A stretch of 64,000 bases of DNA from Paraspadella gotoi (lineage: Eukaryota > Animalia > Chaetognatha), in contig CM119270.1 in NCBI GenBank assembly GCA_051294375.1, positions 7,805,491-7,869,490 of the forward strand, read 5' to 3'. The first letter of the stretch is position 1. Every line of letters begins with the position of its first letter. Of the stretch, positions 1 to 35,614 are shown piece by piece. The position numbers were made by a program, and so were the translations under genes. The notes under the pieces are model-generated. The model was not told the origin of the DNA, ran no database searches, and saw only the letters and a list, made by a program, of their open reading frames with translations.

Positions 1-595
1 TCTGTTCCCAAGACAAGAGGGATTCAACTGATTCCATAATATATGTAGTATATATAGACTATTTAAAAATTAACTTTGAGTAATATGACCCAATAACTGT
101 CAAATAATACCTAAAAAAACACCAATTTTCAATTCACTTATAAAAACTAGCCACTAAAAATTATTAATTAAAATTTGTATCTTGTAATTTTATTACCACT
201 TAAAGTTTTAAAAATGAAGAAAACAGATTTAGGGAATTTTTTGATTAGTTTCAAAAGTTATTAACAAATGTGGCAGTCGTTAACACAACAAGGTTTAAGA
301 TTGAGAAATTAATTTTTGTATGGGTAAAAATATTTATAACAGTAAAAGCGTCGGGTCAATATTTACGAGGACAGTGCGGATAAAAAACAAAAGACAAAGC
401 ATTCAGTTTGAAAAAGGACGTGTGTGAAAAGTAAGTGACGATAAGTGGTTAGCAATGTGAGTGAGTTGAGTGAGAAAGAGATGAGGGGCAGATCAAAGGT
501 TGCGCGTTGTTATTTGCTGAAAAGCTTAACAATGAAAATCATTACGGCCGGCTTTTCTCATTAAGTTTTGCTTATTAGGGTTTTTGGTTAGGGAT
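1..595 (+). repeat. Direct copy of 9632-10195
   Basis: Colinear match from tctgttcccaag... to ...ttagggtttttggttagg, differing mainly by small indels. Confidence 0.9.
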
Positions 596-1915
596 AAGTT
601 TAATATAGAAAAAACAAAACATAAATGAAAACAAGAAATATAAGACAATTAAATAAAAATATTGAGGGTCTTGTAGGTACTTAAATAAATTTATATCTCT
701 CTCTTTTTTTGAGGGGGTTTGTTATTACGAACTTGTTGAGTCTCAGTCATTGCTTGGCTGCTGATTGTCGTTTTTGTTGTTCGTTATGGTTTTTATTGTA
801 ATTTTTTTTTAGGTAATGATATTGTGAATGTTGTTTATGTGATGCTGTCGTCATTAAAACGCCTAAAAAGTTCGGTTCGTGGTTGACACTCATGTCTATT
901 ATATTAATCGTCTCGTGGTGGGGAAAAAAGCTTTTTACCCTTGTTGCCTTTATTATTATAAAATTGAATGATAATTTAACATTGTTTTTACGTTTGACTA
1001 TTCTAATACAATCGTCAATGTTGTTGTTGTGATTGTTTCTCAGCGGACGAAACCACGGATGCATAATCAGAATTTTATGTTTATCGTCANNNNNNNNNNN
1101 NNNNNNNNNNNNNNNNNNNNNNNNNNNNNNNNNNNNNNNNNNNNNNNNNNNNNNNNNNNNNNNNNNNNNNNNNNNNNNNNNNNNNNNNNNNNNNNNNNNN
1201 NNNNNNNNNNNNNNNNNNNNNNNNNNNNNNNNNNNNNNNNNNNNNNNNNNNNNNNNNNNNNNNNNNNNNNNNNNNNNNNNNNNNNNNNNNNNNNNNNNNN
1301 NNNNNNNNNNNNNNNNNNNNNNNNNNNNNNNNNNNNNNNNNNNNNNNNNNNNNNNNNNNNNNNNNNNNNNNNNNNNNNNNNNNNNNNNNNNNNNNNNNNN
1401 NNNNNNNNNNNNNNNNNNTTTTCTCTGGCCGTCTCCCTCTCTCTCCGCGCGGTGATCATCGGGTGATAAATGGCCAACAAAATTGGAAATGGAAACACGC
1501 TTACCATCCGCGCGCGAGATTTCGCCTGAGTTTCCTCGTAAATTTGAAAAAAAAAAGTTGTTTTACTATTAAACAAATAAACGCTTGGTCAACGCTGCTT
1601 GAATAAATCATGAAATGAACGACTGAATAAATGAAAAAAACGAATTAATGAATTCAACTAGTATCAAGGTCACCAAATAATCAATCGTTCAATATTCAAC
1701 AAATATATAAATGAATAACAAATCAATAAATCAATCGATCAATTAATCAATGAATTAAATGAATAACTCTTTAATCAACCAATCAATCTATCAATCAGTT
1801 AATCAATCAATCAATAAAATAAATAGAAAAAATTATTAATGAATGAATGAATAAATAAATGAATGAATAAACCATTCAATCAATCAATCAATCAATCACT
1901 CTCCCTTTCCACAAG

Positions 1916-22579
<20,664 letters not shown>

Positions 22580-23603
22580 TGGAGTTGCGACGTGATGGGG
22601 TTGAAAGAAGTGGAGGAGGAAGAGTGGGAGAGAATCTCATTTAGTCTGTCGCGTTATCAAATGTGTACGACGACTAATTGAAAGGTTTTATTAACTGTTT
22701 ATTGAAGTTCTAGAATTAGGAGCGTTGTCAAAGGTCATGTTAACGAGAGGTCATTAGAGACGTAATGACCCACCATGAGGTTTATCGAAAAAGTTCACGA
22801 TACGATGAAAACTATTATTTCTTGAACAGAATATATGAATTTATTCAAATACACTCAAAATTAAACTTGATTCTGTTCATTCTGTCCGAAATTTCTGCAG
22901 ATACTTCCATGAATAAATATGGCTATTGTAGTCAAGAGAAATATTATGCTGCAGAGATTCTCGATCATTGATTGATGTTGCAAGTATTAACTAAAATATT
23001 ATACTAGTGGCGAATGTACGGAATTAATAATTGATAATTAGAATCGTACGGAAATGGAAGATTATTTGGAGTCTAATTGGTGTTCGTCCAAAGAAACAAA
23101 ACTATGATATATTTTGAATTGTTTAAAATGCCTTTATAATTATGATTATATTTCTTTCTGTGCTTTCAAACGATTGATTTAATAGTAGCTTTAATTTGCT
23201 TTCGTTTCGGATATGTGATGCAGGGCCCTTGAGACGAATAGTATGATAATTGAATTTTAAATTCATTGCTTCGTTTAATCACCGATTCATGCGTTGCATT
23301 TTATAGCAAGATGCGCAAACTTAAAGTCATCCGAAAATGAAATTCATTCACAATTTGCTAGCGTCGAATACTACTCCTCTCATTGGGTGGCCCCGCATCA
23401 CAATTTTCGAATTTTTTACACGTTTTTTTACATTTGATTCGATACTTGTAAACATTTTTGACGAGTTATTTGAATTTGTGATCTCGTTTTCTTGTTTTGT
23501 GCGTCTTGCTAGTTCACTGCGGTAGTTGATCACTATTGGTTTACTTTCGTTTGCAATTAATTTATTCTGAATTGAATCATTTTTAAATATTTTATCCTTG
23601 CCA

Positions 23604-23698
<95 letters not shown>

Positions 23699-24924
23699 CT
23701 CGTTAATTTTGTATCAAAGTTTTCGTTATACTGTGAGTTATTTTATAATCAGACCATCTTCCCGTCGCGTGACTTTTTGTTTATCGATAAGAAAGTATTT
23801 TGTTTATTATAATTTTCTTTGCCAAAATACAAAAAAAAATAACAAAAAAGCCGGGGGGTCACCGATAATTGTTTTGGTATAGTTTTGGAACCGTTTTTAT
23901 TTGTTTTTCTATTTCGGTTTTGTATGAAATAAGCGAAGTCACTTTTTTTTTAAACAAAAAATTTTAAAAATTTTTTTTCAATCTTTAAAAAAAGTTTATA
24001 AAATTCTCTGCTATATCGTTTTCGCGTTCGCGTCCCTTGATGGCGAAACCATCGATGTTTTATTTACAAACAAATATCCTCGAATCGAAAAATCTATTAA
24101 ATGTGCCGTTAGAAGTTAAAAAAAATATTCTAAGTTGTTGTCTTATTTTTGATAAAAGTCTGGCTCAGCAGCAAGAATCGAAGTCAGTCGATAACTTCAT
24201 CATAGCTTAATTCAAATTACAATAAGAGCTACAAAGTTATTGATCTTTTCTTTTTTGGGGGGGGGCCCGTGGTCTGCTGGATACGGCTTTTAGGTCAAAA
24301 TCGAACGAAATACTACATTACGTCACAAAACACGAGACAAGCTATGAGGGTCAGAGTGTACAGTGTACACTACTCAACGAAACTATTGTTTGAGGGAAAA
24401 AATGAGAAAATTTTAACCAAGCTTGGGCAAGCTCGAATTTTGTTTATGCTCATATGTTGCGTTTGGGGACGCGATTAGTTCACAAGCTGCGTCGGAGGAA
24501 AATTTATCCGTGCTATTTTGTTCAGGAAACTTCATGAAGGGGTTTCCATTAGAGCTGATTTATCAAATATTCATCTCAGTAGAATATTAGAGTTGAATGC
24601 TCGACGCTTGCCACTGGCAAGAGTTGATAGGTAGAAATTAACCACGGATATACTATTTTAGTAAGGCAGTCAACAAATTATTAAGACGAATCGAATGAAG
24701 TAAAACCTAATTGCTTCTGTGATATTCTGTGATATAATTAATAAAAAAATGAGAAAAAAAGATTGCAGACACAGCTTATATTCATTAGTAAAGAACAAAA
24801 AAAATATTTTTACCAAGTTAAAAATAATATTATTGAAAAAAAAATTGCGTCTTGGGTAAAGAAGATGATGAAAAAAAAGAACAGAAAGAAGACAAGAAAA
24901 AGGGTAATTCTATTTTTATGAACG

Positions 24925-25002
<78 letters not shown>

Positions 25003-25235
25003 TGACGTTAAAAGCAAGGACTATGATCGCGAGACTCATAAAAAGGAAGAGGTTTCTTTGACTCAAAGGAGTTGTTGTCTTTATACTTTATTTTTTTAAC
25101 ATCATTTTGAATGTGATTATCGATCTAATTATCTATATGTTATCTATCTAGCTATCTCTGTTTATATTTTTAAATTTATCTATTGATACGAAATGTCTTT
25201 GTTGTTTTTTCTAAACTTAATAGTAGAAACCTAAA

Positions 25236-25287
<52 letters not shown>

Positions 25288-25292
25288 CCTCG

Positions 25293-25325
<33 letters not shown>

Positions 25326-25461
25326 CTTCTCAAGAACGCTGACAACCCTGAACATCAAAGATCACGCATCGATGATTTTGAAAAGTGGAGGAACTGAGTA
25401 ATTTTCTTCCCAAACGACGTAGAGAGAGCCTGCAAAAAGCCAAGAGAGAGTGGGAGAGAGC

Positions 25462-25497
<36 letters not shown>

Positions 25498-25514
25498 CGG
25501 AGACGTTGGAACGT

Positions 25515-25570
25515 TAGATTCCATGGTAATGACGTCATTGATCACGTGGTTACCTCTCGTCCAATCAGGA
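25515..25570. promoter_or_regulatory. Promoter-like motif cluster (CRE, E-box, CCAAT)
   Basis: TGACGTCA 25530-37, CACGTG 25543-48 and CCAATCA 25561-67 within 40 bp in CpG-rich context. Motif match only. Confidence 0.45.
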
Positions 25571-25970
25571 GCGACCGTCCCGTGAAAATCCTGCCGGTCA
25601 TGTGGGAGTCTGGAGGAGGAGCGGGACGGCTTTCGTCAACGGGAAAAGGAAGAGGAGAAGGGAGAAAAGAGGTTCCATGTGATAACTCGAAACCGCAGAG
25701 AAAAATAACATGTTCAGCGAAAGGGAGGGAGAGATGGTTAGAATAGGATAAGGGTATTAAAAATGAAAGTAAGTAAAACAAGAGTTGAAAATAGATAATA
25801 AACAAAAATTAAGCTTTGGGGATGGAACAATGAAATATGTTGAACGTTGAACATGAAAAATATCTAGTTTTGAAAAATTGTCAAAAACATGACAAAAGAG
25901 AAATGATCGAAAATTAACAGAAAAAAAAAGGCAGGAAAGATTANNNNNNNNNNNNNNNNNNNNNNNNNTA

Positions 25971-26002
<32 letters not shown>

Positions 26003-26343
26003 AGAGAGCAGAAAGAGAGAAGAGAGAGAAAGAGAGGAGAGAAGAGAGAATGATGATGATGAAGAATGAGGGGTCGCCCGCGTGAAATAGGAAAGGGGAG
26101 AGAATGTGAGGAATGCAGAGAAAGATTAAGGAGGGAGGAAGAAGGAAAGGGTCACAAGAAGAGGAAGAAGGAAAGCGTCGTTCATGAGGAGAGGAAGAGG
26201 TGGAGGAGGATGAGAGGGGAAGCCACTGACGAGGCGCGCCGAAAAACTGCACGAGCGTAGAGTTCTGCACCATAGGAAAATTCTCTCACATCACATGGTG
26301 GGCGCCCGAGGCTAGTCGTGTCTCTCTCTCTTCTCTCTCTCTC

Positions 26344-26394
<51 letters not shown>

Positions 26395-26737
26395 CTGTCT
26401 CTCGTTCATCTGTTCCAACTCGCAAGAAACTTGGTTGTCAATTCCGAATTTTTTTCTCGTTTTAGTTTTTCGCGTTTGAAAATCTCTTTCGCTTTCTCTC
26501 TCTCTCTCCCTCTCGCTCTTTTGTCTCCGTTTCACGTTTCCTTCCTCTCTCTCTTTGTTTCTCTTTTTTCTCTTATCTTCCCCAGCTCCGTTTGTTTTTC
26601 CCTTTTTTCCCTTTTGTTTTCCTTTTCATTTTTTTCAGCGTTTATGTTTTTCCTCGAGTTTAATCTCCTTTCGTCCACCGCCTCCCGTACATCCGGCTTT
26701 TTAAAGCCGAACGATGGATTTTACGTGTTCGCCGTAG

Positions 26738-26858
<121 letters not shown>

Positions 26859-27915
26859 GAAACTCGCGCCATCATCTATCGAACGAGGGAAACAAGTTTA
26901 GCGCCTGAAAAAGAAGCGAAAAAACATCGACACCAAAAGATCAACAGCGATATACATTTAAATGAAATTAGTAGCATTATATTATATCCATTATATCCTT
27001 ATCACTTAAAACTATGAAAGCATTCTAAATATAAATAGCATCTTCAGTGTTTACCTTGACTTCATGAATTTTGGCTGAAAGGTTTGAATACCATGAAACG
27101 TCAAAACATTTTCTTTTTCGTTTTCAAAGAAACTTAAACTTTATTTATTTTATTTATCAAAACCTCATGAATTAAAAAAAAATTTGTTCAGGCTAATTTT
27201 TTTTTCTTGATAAATGTTAGCGAGATATCAAAGTCATACCTTTCCCTTTTTCACCATGACGATAAGCGATTACAATTAATTGAGGCCCTGGCATTCTGAA
27301 TAACTAGTCGTTATTAAAATTAGCACAAAATTTTCACGGATTAAAAGCTGTTTTTTTTTTAATTTTCTTGATGCTTTACGATTTTATTTTTGTAATCGGA
27401 AAATTAGCCATGACTGCTTTTAAACCTCGCATTGATACGTTTAAAAAGTATCTTCTCTGCGAAAGAGTTTATCATGAAGCAACGATAATGAAGACGAAGC
27501 AACGAAAAAAAAATGATCTCATCCGTAAAACCTCATATCGCAATCTTGAAGTCAAAATCTCTTCCTCTTCTAGACCGCCCCTCGAAATTCGTGGAAAGGA
27601 ATCTTCTATTTCAAAAGCTCATGAGAAGAAACCTCGGATTCCGACGTCGCCAATATTTTAACAACTCAACTGTCGAAGTCCCAAGACTCTTCAGACCAAA
27701 TCTTTGAATCGACCCACATATAAGTAATCAACAAAACTTTTTTTTCCCGCGATTAACGAAGCTTTCGGCGTTTTTATTTGATGTTTGTACTAAAAATCAT
27801 TCAAGTTAATCGTATGGGGTCTTTTATATGCGAAAACAACTTTTCCTTTCATTTCCGCCCATCTCCTCTCTCTCTCTCTCTCTCTCTTCTCTTCTCTCTC
27901 TATCTCTCTCCTCTT

Positions 27916-27949
<34 letters not shown>

Positions 27950-28330
27950 GTCTACAACGTTTATCGTCTCTTTACGACATCAAAGCATTAACGCCGTTTT
28001 GAAAGACCCAATTTCCATTCAATGTTGGCGCGAAAATTTCCCCTTTTCCTTCTTCATTTTTATTTCACTTTCCCTTTTTTTCCTTTCCCCCTTTTACCTT
28101 TACCCTTTTCCTTCATCCAAAATGGCGGCATTCCAAATGGCGGCAACTTTTTTCGAATCGATTTCTCTCTTTGTTTTGGTTTTTTTCTTGGCGGTCACGT
28201 GATCGCTTTTATCATTCCATTGTTTCACTCTTTCAGTTTTGGTCCAGAATTCCAACTTCTCCTTTTTTATTCCGCTTTCTCTCTTCTCTGCTCTCTCTCT
28301 CTCCTCTCTCCTCCTCCTCTCCTCTCTCTG

Positions 28331-28369
<39 letters not shown>

Positions 28370-30608
28370 CTCTCTTTCTTCTTTCTTGGTATCTTGCCGC
28401 CTTCCTTTCGCAACTTTTTGTTCTCAATAATTTTTTTTCTAATATTTTTTTTTTTTCTCGCAATACCTTCCGTTTACATTTTCAGTTAAAAAAAAAACCA
28501 CTTTTTCACATCTGAACGAAACCTATTTTCTCCCAAATCCCCATATCCCATCTTTATCCCCCATCATTTTTACATTTCGAATCTATACCCCCATTTCTCC
28601 CCTAACACCCCCCATCCCAATTCCATTTTAAATCTCATCTCACTTCGGTTCTGTCAGTTTTCTACCGACGACGTTCTGTGAATTCCGATTTCGTTAAAAA
28701 CGTCCTCTTTAACCTTTCCTTCAACGCCTCACTCTTTAGCACCCCAAATCCCTTCCACTTCACTCCCCATCCCCCTTTACCAATCCCCTCTCCCCTCTTT
28801 CCCCCCTGGTCGTCACTCCACTTTCCCTCCAAGGTTTTCCACTCGCTTCGCCTCGAAACTTCTGCTCCCGATGAAAACCATAAATCATCGTCAAGAGAAA
28901 TTGACAAAAATATTCAAGGAAATGTTTTTCAAGTTTGTAAAGAGTAATTTATCTCTGCAATGTTTTTTAACGTTAAAAAACATAATAACGTTAAGTGCAG
29001 TACTGCGCTAAAAAAGAGGACACCCTGAAACAGTGTGCAAATAAATCTTTTTAGATTCCTTCATTATGAAAGATATTATAGGTTAATAATATTCGTAAAA
29101 AAAGGAACTGTTGGTACAAATTTTGTAAAAATTTAACCATGCCTTCTAAGCAATGATATTTTAACTACTAAAACAGAACGTTAGAGGAAAAGAAAATTGA
29201 CGATTTCTTAACATCTTGCAATTAGGGTATTAAAGTAGCTCTTGAATGACTGAACCAATTTTTCTTTTAACTTTCGCATAATACATATGGATACCATTTC
29301 TTTTTTTGCACATGACTTTAGATGAAGACAATATTTAAAATTTTGTATTCGTCTTTCTTTCTTTACGTTTTTCACAATTATTTTTTCAAGCTTTTGCTAC
29401 ATTTCACTCATTTTGACAACTTTTTTCAATTTGTTGCCATTTATCTCGCCTTGCCGCTATTTTCGCCACATCTTTGCTGCCTTTTTCATGAAAAGGGGAG
29501 GAAATTCATGAGTTGTTCTCGTTTCGCAACTTTTCGATCTTGAGGCGACAAAAATCACAAACGTTGACTCTTGGAGGTTTTTGACAAACTTATTCGTTGC
29601 TATGGTTGTCATTTTCGTTATTGGATTCATATTGATTTTATTTGGACTGATTGTTTCGTTGAAAAGTTCGATATTACGGCAACAGCCGGGTTGCCTGTGA
29701 TGCCCATTGGGATGGGGCATCTCACTGTTGGCTTTGGGGGCTTCCGACCCTCAGTGACGCCTCCAGTCACTGGCGCGGTTACCCTAGGACGGTCTCGCTT
29801 TGCCAACGCAGAGGGAAGTCGTTAGGACTGTGGATGGAACACTACGCCTGGGATGGTGTGTTCCCCCTCTGAGCCAATGGATTTGGCTGACGGATGGTGG
29901 ACGTGAGGCGGTGTGAATATACCGCCACAATATTTTATTTTCCGCGCTTCAGTTTTTAAACTGAATACTTAAACTTAATACAGATCATCTGATGTCAATT
30001 TTCACCAACTTAGAATTGTGATTTCACACGTCGTCATGCGGTTGTGATAAATTGAGCCCCGAAGAAAAACCTAAATACAATAATGAATAGATATTGTTTG
30101 ACACTGATCCGTTGAGGCTTCTCTCCATCAAATTTCGTTCCTCCGAATCGCCTGACTTCCATCCTCACTTCGTCCCCCCCCCGCCCCCCTAACTTCGTAA
30201 TTCGGTTCTCGATCGCTCGCATCATTCTTTTCCATTCCTGTCAAAGGCTCGTATTTGCTTCGGACGTAATCAGGCGTAATAGCGTGTCACATGAGCCATG
30301 TAGTCGGGCATTGCATTGCATAGCGCCTTATCCACGCTACACAGCCATATCGAGGGTCCGGATCACCGGTTTGCTTGCTTGCTATGATTCATTTGTACGC
30401 GTCCACTTGAAGACATTACCGTTTCTCATTGTAAGTTCTTTCTCTCCAATCAAAAATATACTACGTGATTCTTCTCTATCGGGTTTCCCTCTTATCTTAA
30501 GTCACTCCCTTGTTCGTTCCCCTCTTCGCCCTTTGTACGCATCCCTTTTCCCGATTTTTTTTTCCTTCCTTCGTTGTTTGCACTCGCCTACGGAGCGATG
30601 ATGCCAGC

Positions 30609-30671
<63 letters not shown>

Positions 30672-31183
30672 CGCGGTCGAGGCAAACGATATCAGTTTTA
30701 TGCAAACATTGACACTGAATGATCTCATTTTTTTTTAAATATGTTTTTCCATTTGAAAGTTTTTACTATAAAAAATCGCTGTTATTTCTACTTTTCGTAC
30801 AATGTCTGTTAAAATTGTTGGATGTAAGATAAATATATACTATCAAGTATCAAATTTACACAAAATTATATTGCATCATGCGAGCCTTAAATAAAACATT
30901 AAGTGATTACCGAAAATAATATACTGGGAGTGAATAAACAAGTCTGCGAGAGAGGCTTGATTAAAAGCTTGCAGAAACCTGTGATGGAGGCCTTAAACCA
31001 CCAAAGCCTGTCCAAAGTCAGGGACAAGATAGCTTATTTATTAAATGGATGGATAATTTTTATATTGGTTGTACCAATTTCATATATTTCATTCGAAAAT
31101 TAGCTTTTAATTTCATCCATGAAGTCATGAGACTGTTTGTCTTTACTCTTTCAAGCCCAAGGTGTTTGCTCAACTATATATCC

Positions 31184-31221
<38 letters not shown>

Positions 31222-31862
31222 AAGAGAGAGATTCATAAACAGTCTGTATATCCGTCTCTCTCTCTCTCTCTTCTGCTCCTCTCTCTCGTCGTCTCTCTCT
31301 CTCTCTCTTCAGGTCTGCTCTTCGATCATCTCGCTCTCTCTCTGCTCTTTCTCTATCTCTGTCTCTCTCTCTCGTCTGCTCTCTCCCCGCAGCTCCGGCT
31401 CTTCCTCCTCCAACCGGTATTGTAATTAAAATCTTACCTAATCTTTCTCGCCCCCTGACTCTTTCAGATCTCATGAGCGTGCGAAAACAAAAAGACGCAA
31501 ACGGTTCTCGGCACCCTTCCAGCAAAAAAATGCCGTAACCGACTTTGACATACTCGCTACAGACGCCGCCTTAATGCTCATTTGCATATGTCGCGTGAAG
31601 AAAAAATCATGGTTTTCGTGTTCGTCATCTTTCTTTAGCTTTCCGTTTCCTCGCTGTCTCCTCTCTCTCGCTTCTCTGTCTCTCCTCTCTCTCTCTCTCT
31701 CTGCTCGTCTCCTGTCAACCATCTACTACTTCTCATCTCGTCCGTCCGATATCTCTCTCTTCTCTCTCTCTCTCGAAGTGATTCACACACTCTTATCGAA
31801 ATATCGCGCAAGGCGCACGTTTAACTGCAGCGGTCGGGATTCCCTCTCTGGCCGCCACGAAT

Positions 31863-31911
<49 letters not shown>

Positions 31912-34570
31912 ATGGTGGCGCGACGCGTCCGCGAAAAGGGGGGAGAGATTTATATGGAGCGGCAATGCCGAATCTGGAGTTATTTAGAGAGAGAAGAGAG
32001 AGAGCAGAGAGGAGAGAGAAGAGAGAGAGAGAAGAGAGAAGAGAGAGAGAGAGAGGAGAGCAGAGAGAGACGAGAGAGAGAGAGAGAGAGGGAGAAACCC
32101 GAGCAAAATGGGTCGGTGCGCAGAGAAAGCAAACGGATCGCGGATTTTGCTGTCGCTATGGAAACGGAACCGCCTCAGCGNNNNNNNNNNNNNNNNNNNN
32201 NNNNNNNNNNNNNNNNNNNNNNNNNNNNNNNNNNNNNNNNNNNNNNNNNNNNNNNNNNNNNNNNNNNNNNNNNNNNNNNNNNNNNNNNNNNNNNNNNNNN
32301 NNNNNNNNNNNNNNNNNNNNNNNNNNNNNNNNNNNNNNNNNNNNNNNNNNNNNNNNNNNNNNNNNNNNNNNNNNNNNNNNNNNNNNNNNNNNNNNNNNNN
32401 NNNNNNNNNNNNNNNNNNNNNNNNNNNNNNNNNNNNNNNNNNNNNNNNNNNNNNNNNNNNNNNNNNNNNNNNNNNNNNNNNNNNNNNNNNNNNNNNNNNN
32501 NNNNNNNNNNNNNNNNNNNNNNNNNNNNNNNNNNNNNNNNNNNNNNNNNNNNNNNNNNNNNNNNNNNNNNNNNNNNNNNNNNNNNNNNNNNNNNNNNNNN
32601 NNNNNNNNNNNNNNNNNNNNNNNNNNNNNNNNNNNNNNNNNNNNNNNNNNNNNNNNNNNNNNNNNNNNNNNNNNNNNNNNNNNNNNNNNNNNNNNNNNNN
32701 NNNNNNNNNNNNNNNNNNNNNNNNNNNNNNNNNNNNNNNNNNNNNNNGTCTCTCGTCTCTCGTCTCCTCTCTCTCTTCTCTACCGCCGCGAAAGGCACCG
32801 TCGTGATGGTGATGGAATCTTTAAAGAATGGATCTGGAGCACTTTTGTATAAACTGCAACTAGTTCCGGTTGTAGAAAATTTCTTTTTTTTTAAACTGAA
32901 TTTTAATTATTAAATAATCTCATGAAATAAAGAAACATTTTCGTATTTGCCGTAATCATCACTAATAATGTCACTGTGACCATGGAATTTGATCCACTGT
33001 GGATGGCACCATGGTAATGGAAGCGGAACCGTGACGCCGATGGCACCTATCTCTTCTTGCGACGGATTACGATGGAATCTCGACTGCGGCAGCAATTGAA
33101 ACGGATTGAGACGACGACGACAACGACGACGACAACGACGACGACGTTGTTGCTAACTACGCCTGCTACAAAGACAACCATACGAAGACGTCAGAGGGAA
33201 AGAATCGTAATGAAGCGATTCTGAGCGATTAACTAAGAGACGAGCGCGGAAACACAAGAGAAAAGAAGAGATGGGGAAAAGAAAATGGGAAGAAAACAAA
33301 AGGGGAAACTAAAGCGATTAAATACGATACTGTTGCTTTAAAAACAAAGAGTAACTTAAGAGGCAACAGGATAGAAAAAGACAAAAAAAATAACAACAAA
33401 TACAACTACAACATTCTCAATTAAAATAATCAGAAACAAATAAAAGTAAGAGTTGACATTAGTCAAAAAAAGATAATACCAATAATTGAATAGTCAAAAC
33501 AACGTTGTCTCACCGCCATATTGCGACGTAAACAATTAAATTTGGATCAAACTAAAAAGCATATGGATAAAAAAAAAGACAAAAGAAAAGACTGAACCAG
33601 TAGAACGTACATCTCCTTCGGGTGAGTAATTTGTTTTTTTTCTTTCTCTAGTGTATAGTATCTAAATTTTAGTTCGAGTTGCAATCAATATTAGAAAAAT
33701 CTGTACCTAATTCAACGTTGAATACGTTTTTCTCTCTTTCGCCGTCGTCCCTTCGTTAAAACTACGCGACGGTTTAAAATCTTTTAATTCCTCCTCGTTT
33801 TCATTTGCATATCGCGATGGAAAGCCTAAAGACTAAACCGGCCTCTGGTGGAAATTTTCAGCCTTTTTCCGGAATCGTCTCTCTCTTTCTCTCACTCTCT
33901 TTTTCGGGAGCCGTTTCCGGCGCCATTTCCGGCGCCGGTTCGCGAAAGTTTAGACTCGTTCCCTTTTGGTCGAGGGCGATAATAAAAATTTCAGGGTTTA
34001 AATTAATTGGGTCGATTTAAGAATTAGGGTCGGGGTCTTTTGTGAAAAAAATAATTGATGTTGGCTGAGTGACTCTAATCACCGAGGAACGCGTTCGCTT
34101 TCACGCTATCACTGATTCAATCATTTCATGTAAAACAGGAATTTTTGTCGCTGTGATTTATGTTATAATGCGGAGGACCATATAGTATTCCCCGATTTAA
34201 TATTTAAAAAAGTGAAAGGGAAGTCCGGTGTATTCTCCGAGAGTGAATGAACTAAACTGTGACGAAGTCATGATTGAAAACTTGCAGTGTTTTGATATGC
34301 TATTATCAAAACCCACAATAGCCTATTCCAAGTGATGGGAAGAGACCGTTGTTCCTATTTCATGAATAGGATCAACTGACGCGACGTTATTTCCGTCCAC
34401 AAATGACGTTATTTCCGAAATGACGTCTCTTGTGGTTGATTTCTGAGGTGACGTCATTTCGGTCGAGATTGAATCCCGAGATGACGTCACTTAGAGTCGA
34501 CTCCGTGATCTCGTTTCCCTCGACCCATAGAGATTCACCGGCCCATTCCCTCTTTCTTTCTTTCTTTTTT

Positions 34571-34658
<88 letters not shown>

Positions 34659-34760
34659 TTATTCCTTCTATTTTCCAGTACTACTTTGACTGCTTTGATC
34701 TTTTATCTATTCATTCATTCATTCATACTTACATTCATTCATTCATTCATTCATTCATTC

Positions 34761-34849
<89 letters not shown>

Positions 34850-35300
34850 TTCTTTTATTTATTTAAACGCCTATTTATTAATTTACTTTTTATTAATGTT
34901 CTAATTGAAATATCGCGTACTAAGCGGGTATTGTTGTTGTTATTGTTGTTTTTCACCCTCCATTCACTTCGGGTACCGAAAAGCGAAAATCCAGGAATCT
35001 TTTCGTTCCAGTTAATTAAATGAGCTCAACTTTGGCTCAAGAGTAAATCCCTCTGATTCTGTGAGAAAAAAAATGCACTGTCGGTTTATGAACCTCAGAC
35101 CGTCTGACATTGAATTTATTCTTTTTTGTTATGTTATTTTTCGGGTTATCTGAGTTTTTTTTTAATTTCTACGGTTTTTAATAAATACCGCATGTCTTCA
35201 CTTTTTATTTCAAACAAGTACTGCTTTATAAATACAGTAGAATATTCGTGAAAATTAAGTTTCAATTTTTTATCTCTGTTTTATTATTTATATTCCCCCG

Positions 35301-35369
<69 letters not shown>

Positions 35370-35614
35370 TCATATTTTACTGTCAAACCATATATTTTAA
35401 AAAATATCTTTTTGATGAAAACTCTCCAAAAACNNNNNNNNNNNNNNNNNNNNNNNNNNNNNNNNNNNNNNNNNNNNNNNNNNNNNNNNNNNNNNNNNNN
35501 NNNNNNNNNNNNNNNNNNNNNNNNNNNNNNNNNNNNNNNNNNNNNNNNNNNNNNNNNNNNNNNNNNNNNNNNNNNNNNNNNNNNNNNNNNNNNNNNNNNN
35601 NNNNNNNNNNNNNN

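Noticed and set aside
30030-30060. miR-2-like TATCACAACC on the minus strand
   Set aside because: Seed mismatch and no precursor hairpin evident.
31912-32913. Long ORFs spanning N runs, and ER/LS-rich ORFs throughout the window
   Set aside because: Artefacts of assembly gaps and (GA)n/(CT)n tracts.
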